Shown piece by piece: positions 17,999 through 26,599 of a stretch of 32,000 bases of DNA. A program made the translations under genes and the position numbers. The notes below the pieces were generated by a model, which searched no databases, was not told the DNA's origin, and worked only from the letters and a program-made list of their open reading frames with translations. Every line of letters begins with the position of its first letter. The first letter of the stretch is position 1. The stretch is from Caedibacter taeniospiralis. GTDB lineage: Bacteria; Pseudomonadota; Gammaproteobacteria; Francisellales; Francisellaceae. The stretch lies in the NCBI RefSeq assembly GCF_002803295.2, contig NZ_PGGB02000012.1, positions 6,364 to 38,363 on the forward strand, given 5' to 3'.

Positions 17999-18994
17999 AT
18001 GATTTTAATTACAGGTGGTACAGGGTTTATTGGTTCACACACCGTGGTTGAATTTTTAACGGCAGGTTTGGAGGTTGTTATCTTGGATAACCTATATAAC
18101 AGCAGCGCAAATATGATTGAACGGGTACAGCAAATAACCCATATGAAGCCCGTATTTGTTAAAGGGGATATTCGTGATGAGCGTACTCTTCAGACCATAT
18201 TTAAGCAATACAAAATAGAAATGGTTATTCATTTCGCTGCATTAAAAGCGGTGGGTGAGAGCGTCTTTAAGCCTTTGGAGTACTATGATAACAATGTTGC
18301 AGGAACACTGAATTTACTAAAGGTGATGCAAGAAAACGGTGTTAAAAAGTTTGTCTTTAGTTCATCAGCAACCGTCTATGGTAATCCAGTGGAAATGCCA
18401 ATTACTGAAAACTGTCCAATTGGTGTGCCAACGAATCCCTATGGCGTGTCAAAGGTGATGGTTGAAAAAGTATTACAAGATATAGCTTTTGCTGACACAT
18501 CATGGTCCATTGCTTTATTGCGGTATTTCAACCCAGTTGGGGCGCATGAAAGCGGTTTGATTGGCGAGTTGCCAAACGGCATTCCAAATAACTTATTGCC
18601 TTATTTAACCCAGGTTGTCAGCGGTAAACTAGCTAAATTACCGGTATTTGGCAATGATTACAACACCCCAGATGGGACATGTATTCGCGATTATATTCAT
18701 GTCGTTGATTTGGCAATGGGACACTTAAAAGCCTACGAATATATCAAAGCTAAAACAGGTTGCTTTGTGTGGAATCTGGGTACTGGCAACGGCTATTCTG
18801 TACTTGAGGTGATCAGCGCATTTGAACAAGCCACAGGCAAAAAAGTGCCTTTTGAAATAAAACCAAGGCGTATGGGTGACATTGATGAATGTTGGGCTGA
18901 TTGTAGTAAAGCCAAAGTTGAGCTCAACTGGCAAGCAACAAGGGACATTCATCAAATGATGATTGATAGCTGGGGCTGGCAAAATCGTCAGTAA
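17999..18994 (+). CDS. galE: UDP-glucose 4-epimerase
   Basis: MILITGGTGFIGSHTVVEFL, SSATVYG, NPYGVSKVMVE, GTCIRDYIHVVDLA, FEIKPRRMGDIDECWAD. Confidence 0.96.
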   Translation: MILITGGTGFIGSHTVVEFLTAGLEVVILDNLYNSSANMIERVQQITHMKPVFVKGDIRDERTLQTIFKQYKIEMVIHFAALKAVGESVFKPLEYYDNNVAGTLNLLKVMQENGVKKFVFSSSATVYGNPVEMPITENCPIGVPTNPYGVSKVMVEKVLQDIAFADTSWSIALLRYFNPVGAHESGLIGELPNGIPNNLLPYLTQVVSGKLAKLPVFGNDYNTPDGTCIRDYIHVVDLAMGHLKAYEYIKAKTGCFVWNLGTGNGYSVLEVISAFEQATGKKVPFEIKPRRMGDIDECWADCSKAKVELNWQATRDIHQMMIDSWGWQNRQ

Positions 18995-19061
18995 TTAAAA
19001 GAATTGTACTTCCTTGTAATCTCTGCCACTATGCAGCAATGACTTTAAAAGCGAAACTTGC

Positions 19062-21434
19062 ATGTTATACCACACAATTAACTTCAAAAGACGCTTATGT
19101 GCCTGGCTTATCCTCGTGATCTTAAGTTTGTCTGGTTTTGCTTTTTTATTGATACAAGGCTTACCGATAAACACCAATATGCTTGCTCTTTTGCCTGGTG
19201 CTAAGGAATCAGATAGCATTCAAAAAACTGCCGATGGTTTTGCCAATCAGATGGGAAAACAGATGGTGATCTTGGTTGGGAATTCAGATCAGCAAAAAGC
19301 ATTACAAGCCTCGGATATATTCACTTTCAAACTTAAGCAATCGAATGACTTTAGCGTGGTTACTAATGAGGTAAGCACAAATGAACAAGAGGCCTGGGGG
19401 CAATTTTATTTTCCCTATCGCCTATCCTTACTCTCAAGCTCTGATACACGTTTAATGGGAGGTCATGAATTTGATAAAATTGAGCAAGAAGCGCTATCTA
19501 ATCTCTATAACCCAATGGGAATCACCAATTCGAGACTTCTTGAAACCGACCCGTTTTCGCTATTTCAGCGTTTTATTCTTGAGCTACCTAAACCCTCTAA
19601 CACGCTTGAGTTATATCAGAATCATCTTATGACGGAAAGCGATGGCATCTGGTATAGCATGATCAATGCGACCTTGAAGGAGGGTAGCTTTTCACTCTCT
19701 AATCAAAGTAAAATCACTGATTTATTGGCAAGCACGCAAACTGAGATTCAAGAGATATACCCAGAAACCCATTACTTGATGACTGGCATGATCTTCTACG
19801 CCAAAGCAGGCACTGATAGCGCGCATCATGATGTTTCGATTATCGGTGCTGGTTCATTGATTGGCATTATCCTATTGGTACTTATGTGCTTTCGCTCTAT
19901 CTTACCTCTGTTATTGACTCTTTTTTCCAGTGCGATGGGATTTGTGTTTGCCTTCGTAGTAACCTATCTCATCTTTGGTGAGGTGTTTTTATTTACCCTC
20001 GTTTTTGGCGCAAGCCTTATTGGCATTTCGGTGGATTATGCTTTCTTTTACTATGCCGATCGACTTTATGGTGGCAAAAACTGGGATTCACAATCAGGAT
20101 TAAAGCGGATATTCTCAGGTATCACCCTTGGGTTATTCAATGTGATCATTGCCTATGTAATCATTGCGGTTGCGCCTTTTCCAGGCTTAAGGCAACTGGC
20201 AAGTTTCGCTATTAGCGGTTTGTTTATGTCCTATTTAACCGTTGTGAGTCTCTTTCCTTACGTGCTTCGCGCAAAAAACACCACGCATGATTCGATAATT
20301 AATCGCATGTCTAGCGCTTATCTTAGACTTTGGCAAGGTTTATCAGCTGCCAAAATCATCCTCATTTACCTTATCCTTAGTATCATCGTAATAGCCGGTG
20401 TTAGACGTTTACATGTCAATGATGACATTCGTATTTTAGAGTCCACGCCACATGCCCTAAAAAGCAACGAGCAGCAGCTAAAATCAATTATCGATAGCGA
20501 TGTCAGCACCAATTTCGTGATTATTACTGGAGACTCTGGCGATGAGGTGATAGCGCATGAGCATGAGTTTGTACGCTTGATTAAACAGGATAACCCTGAG
20601 ATTGCACACCCAGTCATTGCCATTAGCCAATATTTACCTGATATTAACACTCAAAAGCAAAATTATGACTTGGTGCGCAATAATTTACTCAATGCTCGTT
20701 TGTTAAAATTTTTTGCTGACATTGGCGTTGACCCCAAAGAAGTAGAGCGCATACAGCGGGCACTAAGCTCGATTTCATTTAAACCGCTCACCGTTGATGC
20801 GTGGTTAAACTCGCCTATATCAGAAAATTTAAAATTCCTGTGGATGGGGGAGCTCTATCGTGGAGAGGGAAGGGCTCCACAATTTGCCTCTGTTGTTTTA
20901 TTGTCGCAAAAACTTAATATGACCAGTATCAAGGCGTTAGCTGCGAAGCTCGCTTATGCAGGTTTTATCAATAAAGCCGATGATATTTCGAGTGTTTTTA
21001 AAACATATCGCCAGTATATTGGTTGGCTACTTATCCTTGTTTTTGCTGTCTTGTTTTTATTATTGCTACTGCGTTACCGCAATATTAAAAAAACCTTCTG
21101 TTACTTTATTCCCCCAACCATGGCAACCCTTTTAAGTCTTGCTGTATTCGGTCTCTTTAATGTACCCATCACCTTGTTTAGTATTCTGGCACTCATCTTA
21201 GTGTTAGGAATTGCCGTTGACTATGTGCTATTTTTTGCCGAGACCAGATCGACAACTCACAGCACGATGCTCGCGGTCGCGCTCTCAGCAATCACTACCA
21301 TCTTATCATTTGGTCTGTTGGCATTTAGCCAAACTCCCGTCATTCACTACTTTGGTCTGGCTGTTTTCGTTGGAATCACCAGCGCATTTTTGCTATCGCC
21401 ATTAAGCTCTAACGTAACTTACCGCCCTATTTAA
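19062..21434 (+). CDS. MMPL/RND-family predicted exporter (COG4258-like)
   Basis: 790 aa with duplicated RND-like halves: GISVDYAFFYYADR and LGIAVDYVLFFAETR, with a large extracytoplasmic loop in each half. Confidence 0.87.
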   Translation: MLYHTINFKRRLCAWLILVILSLSGFAFLLIQGLPINTNMLALLPGAKESDSIQKTADGFANQMGKQMVILVGNSDQQKALQASDIFTFKLKQSNDFSVVTNEVSTNEQEAWGQFYFPYRLSLLSSSDTRLMGGHEFDKIEQEALSNLYNPMGITNSRLLETDPFSLFQRFILELPKPSNTLELYQNHLMTESDGIWYSMINATLKEGSFSLSNQSKITDLLASTQTEIQEIYPETHYLMTGMIFYAKAGTDSAHHDVSIIGAGSLIGIILLVLMCFRSILPLLLTLFSSAMGFVFAFVVTYLIFGEVFLFTLVFGASLIGISVDYAFFYYADRLYGGKNWDSQSGLKRIFSGITLGLFNVIIAYVIIAVAPFPGLRQLASFAISGLFMSYLTVVSLFPYVLRAKNTTHDSIINRMSSAYLRLWQGLSAAKIILIYLILSIIVIAGVRRLHVNDDIRILESTPHALKSNEQQLKSIIDSDVSTNFVIITGDSGDEVIAHEHEFVRLIKQDNPEIAHPVIAISQYLPDINTQKQNYDLVRNNLLNARLLKFFADIGVDPKEVERIQRALSSISFKPLTVDAWLNSPISENLKFLWMGELYRGEGRAPQFASVVLLSQKLNMTSIKALAAKLAYAGFINKADDISSVFKTYRQYIGWLLILVFAVLFLLLLLRYRNIKKTFCYFIPPTMATLLSLAVFGLFNVPITLFSILALILVLGIAVDYVLFFAETRSTTHSTMLAVALSAITTILSFGLLAFSQTPVIHYFGLAVFVGITSAFLLSPLSSNVTYRPI

Positions 21435-23453
21435 CCAGCGTTTAATAATGAGATCAATGCTTTCAGGGTGGGAGGCAATAAGCCTATCGGCAATGCGGGT
21501 GACATCATCGAAAAGTGCCTGATGTTGACTTAAATCAGCGACTTTGAATTGAATATCCCCTGTTTGATTTTTACCAAAAATGTCCCCATGACCGCGAAGT
21601 TTAAGGTCTTCCTCGGCGATCACAAAACCATCTTGTGTCTGGCGCATAAGTTCAAGCCGTTTTCTGGCCGTATAAGACAAGGGGGACTGGTAGAGAAGGA
21701 TGCAATTACTTTCCTTTTCTCCGCGACCCACACGTCCTCTTAACTGATGCAATTGTGATAAACCCAAACGCTCGGCATTATCGATGATCATAAGATTGGC
21801 ATGAGGCACATCGACACCAACTTCAATCACCGTTGTCGCGACTAAGAGGTCAATTTGATGTGCTTTGAATTGAAGCATAATGTCGGTTTTTTGCTGAGAT
21901 TTCAGTTTGCCATGAATAAGACCAATGCGCGCATGAGGAAGCGTGAGCTTAAGCATTTCAAATAAAGACTCCGCATCCTGCAAGCTCACCAACACTTCTG
22001 AAGTTTCGATTAAAGGGCATACCCAATAGGCTTGACCATTGTTTTGGATATGCTGCCTAAGCCTGGTGATGAGAGCTTCTTTTTTGCTTTGATTTAACAC
22101 ACTGGTGGTAATGGGCTTGCGATTAGGGGGTAGCTCATCAATGATAGATAGATCTAAATCACCATAAACCGTCATCGCCAGTGTGCGTGGTATTGGTGTG
22201 GCAGTCATCACAATTTGGTGCGGCTGCCAGGCATTCACGCGGGCTTTCTCAAGTAAAGCCAGGCGCTGCTCAACGCCAAAACGGTGCTGTTCATCAATAA
22301 TTACAAGTCCAAGCTTTGGATATTCAATGCTTTGCTGAAAAACAGCATGCGTGCCTATGATCACGCAATTATAATGGGCATTAATGATCCCAACTGCCTT
22401 GTTACGCTCACTGGCTGTGAGTTTTTGTGCCACAAAAACAACGGGGATATTAAAATCGTTGAGCCATTTCGATAGGTTGTGATGGTGTTGCTCTGCCAGA
22501 ATTTCTGTTGGTGCCATCATCACGGACTGAAGATTATTTGCTGATGCCTGAATTAAGGCGGCTGCTGCGATAACGGTTTTGCCTGAGCCTACATCACCTT
22601 GTACCAAACGTAAGGTCGGTTTGGCTAAGCTTAAGTCAGTGAATATCTCGTGAATGACGCGCAGTTGTGCCTGAGTTGGGGTGAAGCCCAGTTGTTCAAT
22701 CAGTTGATTTAACCGTGTATTTTGGATATGAATGGGCGCAAAAGGTGTAGACTGATTGGTGATACGTGCTTTTTTGGCATTGAGATTATGCGCCAGCATC
22801 TCTTCTAATGCCAGGCGATATCTTGCTTTACTTGCCAACTGCATGGCTTGACCAAAATGGGTATTTTCAGGGAAGTGAATATGATGTAAAGCAGTGTTGA
22901 TTTCAGGTAACTGATAATGATGTAAAATGCTTTGCGGCAAAGCCTCTTGGAAGATATTGTGTGTTTTTAGCTGTTGGATTAATCGGTAGATTACGCTAGA
23001 GCTAAGACCTTCAATGCTTGGGTAAACAGGAGTGATCTCCCCTGATGGGTTTTGATCTTGATGCGTGATAATTTGCCATTCAGGATGAATGATTTCAATG
23101 CCATGATGATTATGAATGATCTCGCCAAAACAGCGAAGTATGCGTCCTTTCTGTAACAAATTCACTTGGTTGGGATAGAACTTAAACAGGTGCATTATGC
23201 AGGTGCCACTATCGTCGGAAAAATAACAGCTAAGATGTTTTTTGCCATAATCTGAGACATTTACCTGGCGAATAACGCCTTCAATCTGCTGCTTTTGTCC
23301 TGGAGTCGTTCTTGCGATCGCTGTGATAGCGCGCCTATCCTGATAATCTTTAGGTAAGTGTAATAACAAATCACACGAGGTATAAATCTCAGCTTTATGC
23401 AGTTTGCCAAGCGTTGATTTACCCATGCCTTTTAGTGATTCAAGCGCAATCAT
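21402..23453 (-). CDS. recG: ATP-dependent DNA helicase RecG
   Basis: LRLVQGDVGSGKTVIAAAALIQA, MAPTEILAEQH, GTHAVFQ, DEQHRFGVEQR, MTATPIPRTLAMTVYGDLDLSIIDELPPNR, LRGRVGRGEKES. ATG at 23453; the track start at 23456 is a TTG. Confidence 0.96.
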   Translation of the reverse strand: MIALESLKGMGKSTLGKLHKAEIYTSCDLLLHLPKDYQDRRAITAIARTTPGQKQQIEGVIRQVNVSDYGKKHLSCYFSDDSGTCIMHLFKFYPNQVNLLQKGRILRCFGEIIHNHHGIEIIHPEWQIITHQDQNPSGEITPVYPSIEGLSSSVIYRLIQQLKTHNIFQEALPQSILHHYQLPEINTALHHIHFPENTHFGQAMQLASKARYRLALEEMLAHNLNAKKARITNQSTPFAPIHIQNTRLNQLIEQLGFTPTQAQLRVIHEIFTDLSLAKPTLRLVQGDVGSGKTVIAAAALIQASANNLQSVMMAPTEILAEQHHHNLSKWLNDFNIPVVFVAQKLTASERNKAVGIINAHYNCVIIGTHAVFQQSIEYPKLGLVIIDEQHRFGVEQRLALLEKARVNAWQPHQIVMTATPIPRTLAMTVYGDLDLSIIDELPPNRKPITTSVLNQSKKEALITRLRQHIQNNGQAYWVCPLIETSEVLVSLQDAESLFEMLKLTLPHARIGLIHGKLKSQQKTDIMLQFKAHQIDLLVATTVIEVGVDVPHANLMIIDNAERLGLSQLHQLRGRVGRGEKESNCILLYQSPLSYTARKRLELMRQTQDGFVIAEEDLKLRGHGDIFGKNQTGDIQFKVADLSQHQALFDDVTRIADRLIASHPESIDLIIKRWLNRAVSYVRA

Positions 23454-23457
23454 CAAG

Positions 23458-24756
23458 CTACCTAAAAAATGAACCTAGTTTATTGCTCAAGGCTTCAGTT
23501 AGTGCTTTTTCAATAATTGGTTGTAAATTTCTCTGTAATTTTTCCTGATCAACCCCTGCGGTAAATTGCTTATTTTGATAGCTAATCATGTAAGGAATGG
23601 ACAGAATTTGTTTACCTGGAATATTGATGCTAAGAGGGTAATGCCACTCTTTAGGTGCAAAGTTGAACATGCCATTTCCCGTAATGCTAAATTCAGCTGC
23701 CTGCCAGTTTATGGACTGAGTCAGTAAATGCTCCGTGCTGATTTCACTCTCAATGGCAAGTGTTTTAAAAGTAGTCGTTTTACTGGGGTCAGCGATGAAT
23801 TTTGCCTGATTAAACAAGGGTAACAATCGTGTTTTAAGCGTTTGAAATGCGCTACCAATTCCATCGCCCTTATCAACAGCGGCAAGTAAACTCTGTGTCG
23901 AATATGCAATGCTATTTAAATCAATCCCAACGAGTTTTCCTTTTTTAGCGTGAATACTCAATTTGACTTGTGGTGCTTGTTGTGGGTTGTTCTGGATGAG
24001 AAAATCAACTGCAAATTGCTGGAGTTGCAACGAAAAGCCATTTAAATCAAGAAGTTTATCAACGGAGATTTCAGGTGCAAAAAAACGACCTTTGGCTGAC
24101 AGCGTGGGCCTTAGCGTAACTTGACTGAGTTTTCCTATTAAAACCTGATCGTTAATGGTTAAACGAATGTTGTTGATACTGTTTATGGGGGAAGCATCAC
24201 TGAGATATAAGTTTGGAATGCTTAAATCAACAGGCTGATCATTTAGATGGGTCTGTAAGCGCAGATCTTTGATTTCTATGGCATCGGTATGTGGAATAAG
24301 GGTGAGTTCGATCAATAGCTGTTGAAGGTTATTCGTAAGCTCAGTGGTTACTTTGTACTGTTGTGTGCTTTCAATTACATTAAGCTTTGGTACATTAAAG
24401 ATATGCCCAGACTGGATTTCAATTCTACCGCTACTCAAAGTAAGAGATTCAAACGGGTTCCTCGGATGAGTTAAAAAATTAACTGGATTGATTGTAATCG
24501 TAGCATTTCGCCAGTAGCTTTTAAATGTGCCATTTTGTGCGTTAATAGCGACCTCTTGAGATCTTAACTGCATTGACCACAGAGAAAAATCCAGCTTGCC
24601 TTGGAAGGTAATGTTAAGATTGCCGTCATTATTTATTTTTTGCGTTATCCAGGCTTTGTGATCATTGGGATTAAATAAAAAAGCAAGCCAGATAAACAGT
24701 AGAATTATAAGAAGCACAAACAGGCTGATCATGCTGAGTAAAATTTTCTTTATCAC
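23458..24756 (-). CDS. AsmA-family protein
   Basis: N-terminal transmembrane helix, then AWITQKINNDGNLNITFQGKLDFSLWSMQLRSQEVAI and repeated beta-rich AsmA-like segments. GTG start preceded by GGAGG. Confidence 0.8.
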   Translation of the reverse strand: MIKKILLSMISLFVLLIILLFIWLAFLFNPNDHKAWITQKINNDGNLNITFQGKLDFSLWSMQLRSQEVAINAQNGTFKSYWRNATITINPVNFLTHPRNPFESLTLSSGRIEIQSGHIFNVPKLNVIESTQQYKVTTELTNNLQQLLIELTLIPHTDAIEIKDLRLQTHLNDQPVDLSIPNLYLSDASPINSINNIRLTINDQVLIGKLSQVTLRPTLSAKGRFFAPEISVDKLLDLNGFSLQLQQFAVDFLIQNNPQQAPQVKLSIHAKKGKLVGIDLNSIAYSTQSLLAAVDKGDGIGSAFQTLKTRLLPLFNQAKFIADPSKTTTFKTLAIESEISTEHLLTQSINWQAAEFSITGNGMFNFAPKEWHYPLSINIPGKQILSIPYMISYQNKQFTAGVDQEKLQRNLQPIIEKALTEALSNKLGSFFR

Positions 24757-24886
24757 ACTGAATTCCTCCAGTTAGTTATATCTCAAATTAAACGTAAAAA
24801 TACCACGAATATATTTGGCTTCATGCCTAATGTTTTCTATTATGTGGGGTCATTGTAACGAATATTCGAATTGCGCCAAGCGGATT

Positions 24887-25198
24887 ATGACAAAAAGTTC
24901 TCTTAAATTATCAAGCCTCTTTTCCTTAAGTCTTCTATTAACAGGATGTGGTCAAATGGGTCCATTATACTTACCGCAAGAAAATGCAAAGTCAAGCACA
25001 TCAGTCCCCAAAAAAACAGAGTCCACAACAGTAATGACCAGCACGCAAGGGCACGAACATCAGATGCTCAATGTATCGGAAACTACGGGTGAACCCGAGG
25101 TTAATAATGCCACAGGAAGCGGCGGCAAAGATGTTGATGCGGATCAGGATCAAGCGATCAACAAAACTAAAAGCACTGAAAATACTAACACCGACTAA
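24887..25198 (+). CDS. Small lipoprotein of the LptM (YifL) type
   Basis: MTKSSLKLSSLFSLSLLLTGCGQMGPLYLPQENAK: lipobox LLTGC followed by CGxxGPLYxP, the YifL/LptM motif. Start reassigned from 24815 to the ATG at 24887. Confidence 0.8.
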   Translation: MTKSSLKLSSLFSLSLLLTGCGQMGPLYLPQENAKSSTSVPKKTESTTVMTSTQGHEHQMLNVSETTGEPEVNNATGSGGKDVDADQDQAINKTKSTENTNTD

Positions 25199-25212
25199 GA
25201 CAGGAGTTTCTA

Positions 25213-26351
25213 ATGAGAAAAAGGCTAACTGGTGTAGCCGTATTAATGGGGGCAATAAGTGCAACAGTTGCCCATGCAATGAGTCCAAATGATGCCAGGA
25301 TTATGGCGGAAAAATATAAAGCACTAGCAAAAAGTTATGAGGAGCTTGCGCAACATTATGAAGCGCTAACTTATACTCAAGTAGAGACGGGTAGCGCGGA
25401 GGTTCAATCAAATAGTGAAACTCAAACTGGTGCCAAAGAGCAAAGTCAGGATGTAAGGCAAGAAGCATCCTCAGGTACCCCTCAACCAGTGAGTTCTTGG
25501 AATGGGAGCATGCAGTCGCAGTTTGCGCACGTGCCAGAAGCAGTGGAAAAAGCAAGAAACGCAGGAAGTGACGCGCCTAACTCGGCAAGTGTAACGGTCA
25601 GCTCATTGCTAAATAGTTTAAATCTGCCTGAGGGTATTATAAATGATGATGCAATATCTCAAAAGAAACCAAATATTGCCGTGGCAGAGCCGTGGAAGGG
25701 GACAAGTTTCGGGTTGGGCGGGAGTGTTGTCACAGGAAACTCGGCTGCGACTAACTACAACGCCAATGCTAATTTAAGCTATCAGCCGATAGTTCCATGG
25801 CAAAATACTTTGGTGATGAGTTACTTGTATAATCGCGATGATATGCCCAATGGCAAGGGTGTCAAAACGAATAAATTTCAGGGAACCATAACCTCGTCAT
25901 GGAATTTTGATAAACATAACGGCGTCTATGGCAGAGTAAATTATCTTAATGATCAGTTAGATAGCTATAGTTACATACTGTCTGAGTCGGTGGGATACAA
26001 GCGTCAGCTATTTACGAGTGCTGTAATGTCACTAAGTGCTACGGTGGGTCGAAGTTTAACGCAACAGAAGGTCAAGGATACAGGGGAGTTCTCTAATGCC
26101 CTGGGTGTGCGCAGGGAGGTCTGGATTACGTGTGGAATTTTACCGATTTTTCAAGCTTTAAACAAAGTATCTTAGCCAACTGGACGGCAGATAATGCAAC
26201 GAATTATCAAACCAATAGCACACTGTCGATGGAAATTTATAAGAATCTGATTGTACAATTGGGATTCCAGATAAATGGTAACAGTTGGGCAAGTGCAGGC
26301 AAAAAACGCATGAACACGATCACTTCAACGACGATTGCGTATAGTTTTTGA
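25213..26351 (+). pseudogene. DUF481/YdiY-like outer-membrane beta-barrel protein interrupted by a 1-nt frameshift
   Basis: Signal peptide, then SFGLGGSVVTGNSAATNYNANANLSYQP...; ORF 25213..26175 leaves frame near 26100. The -1 frame reads QGGLDYVWNFTDFSSFKQSILANWTADNATNYQTNSTLSMEIYKNLIVQLGFQI...TTIAYSF and ends at 26351, continuing the barrel with a terminal aromatic. Confidence 0.82.
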
Positions 26352-26365
26352 AACACTGAGGGGCT

Positions 26366-26510
26366 TTTGACGGTATCGTAAAGTTTTATTCGAAGATTTA
26401 TCTTACAAAATCTGGGGGAAGCCAGGAACCATCTGGATGACAACATTATTACGTCATCCTCATTCCCACGCTCCCGCGTGGGAACGCATACTTAGACGTT
26501 TACCGTCAAA
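26366..26510. repeat. Possible MITE-like element with 10-bp inverted ends and two internal hairpins
   Basis: TTTGACGGTA (26366-26375) vs TACCGTCAAA (26501-26510); inner GGATGAC/GTCATCC (26435-26441/26453-26459) and TTCCCACGC-TCCC-GCGTGGGAA (26463-26484). Confidence 0.45.
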
Positions 26511-26599
26511 CAAGTTCTGCGGACAATATTCAGGTTCGGTAATTGCCTTTCGACAAAAAATCTTTAGAATGGGGCAACCTCGGGCAACGTGAACTTTCA

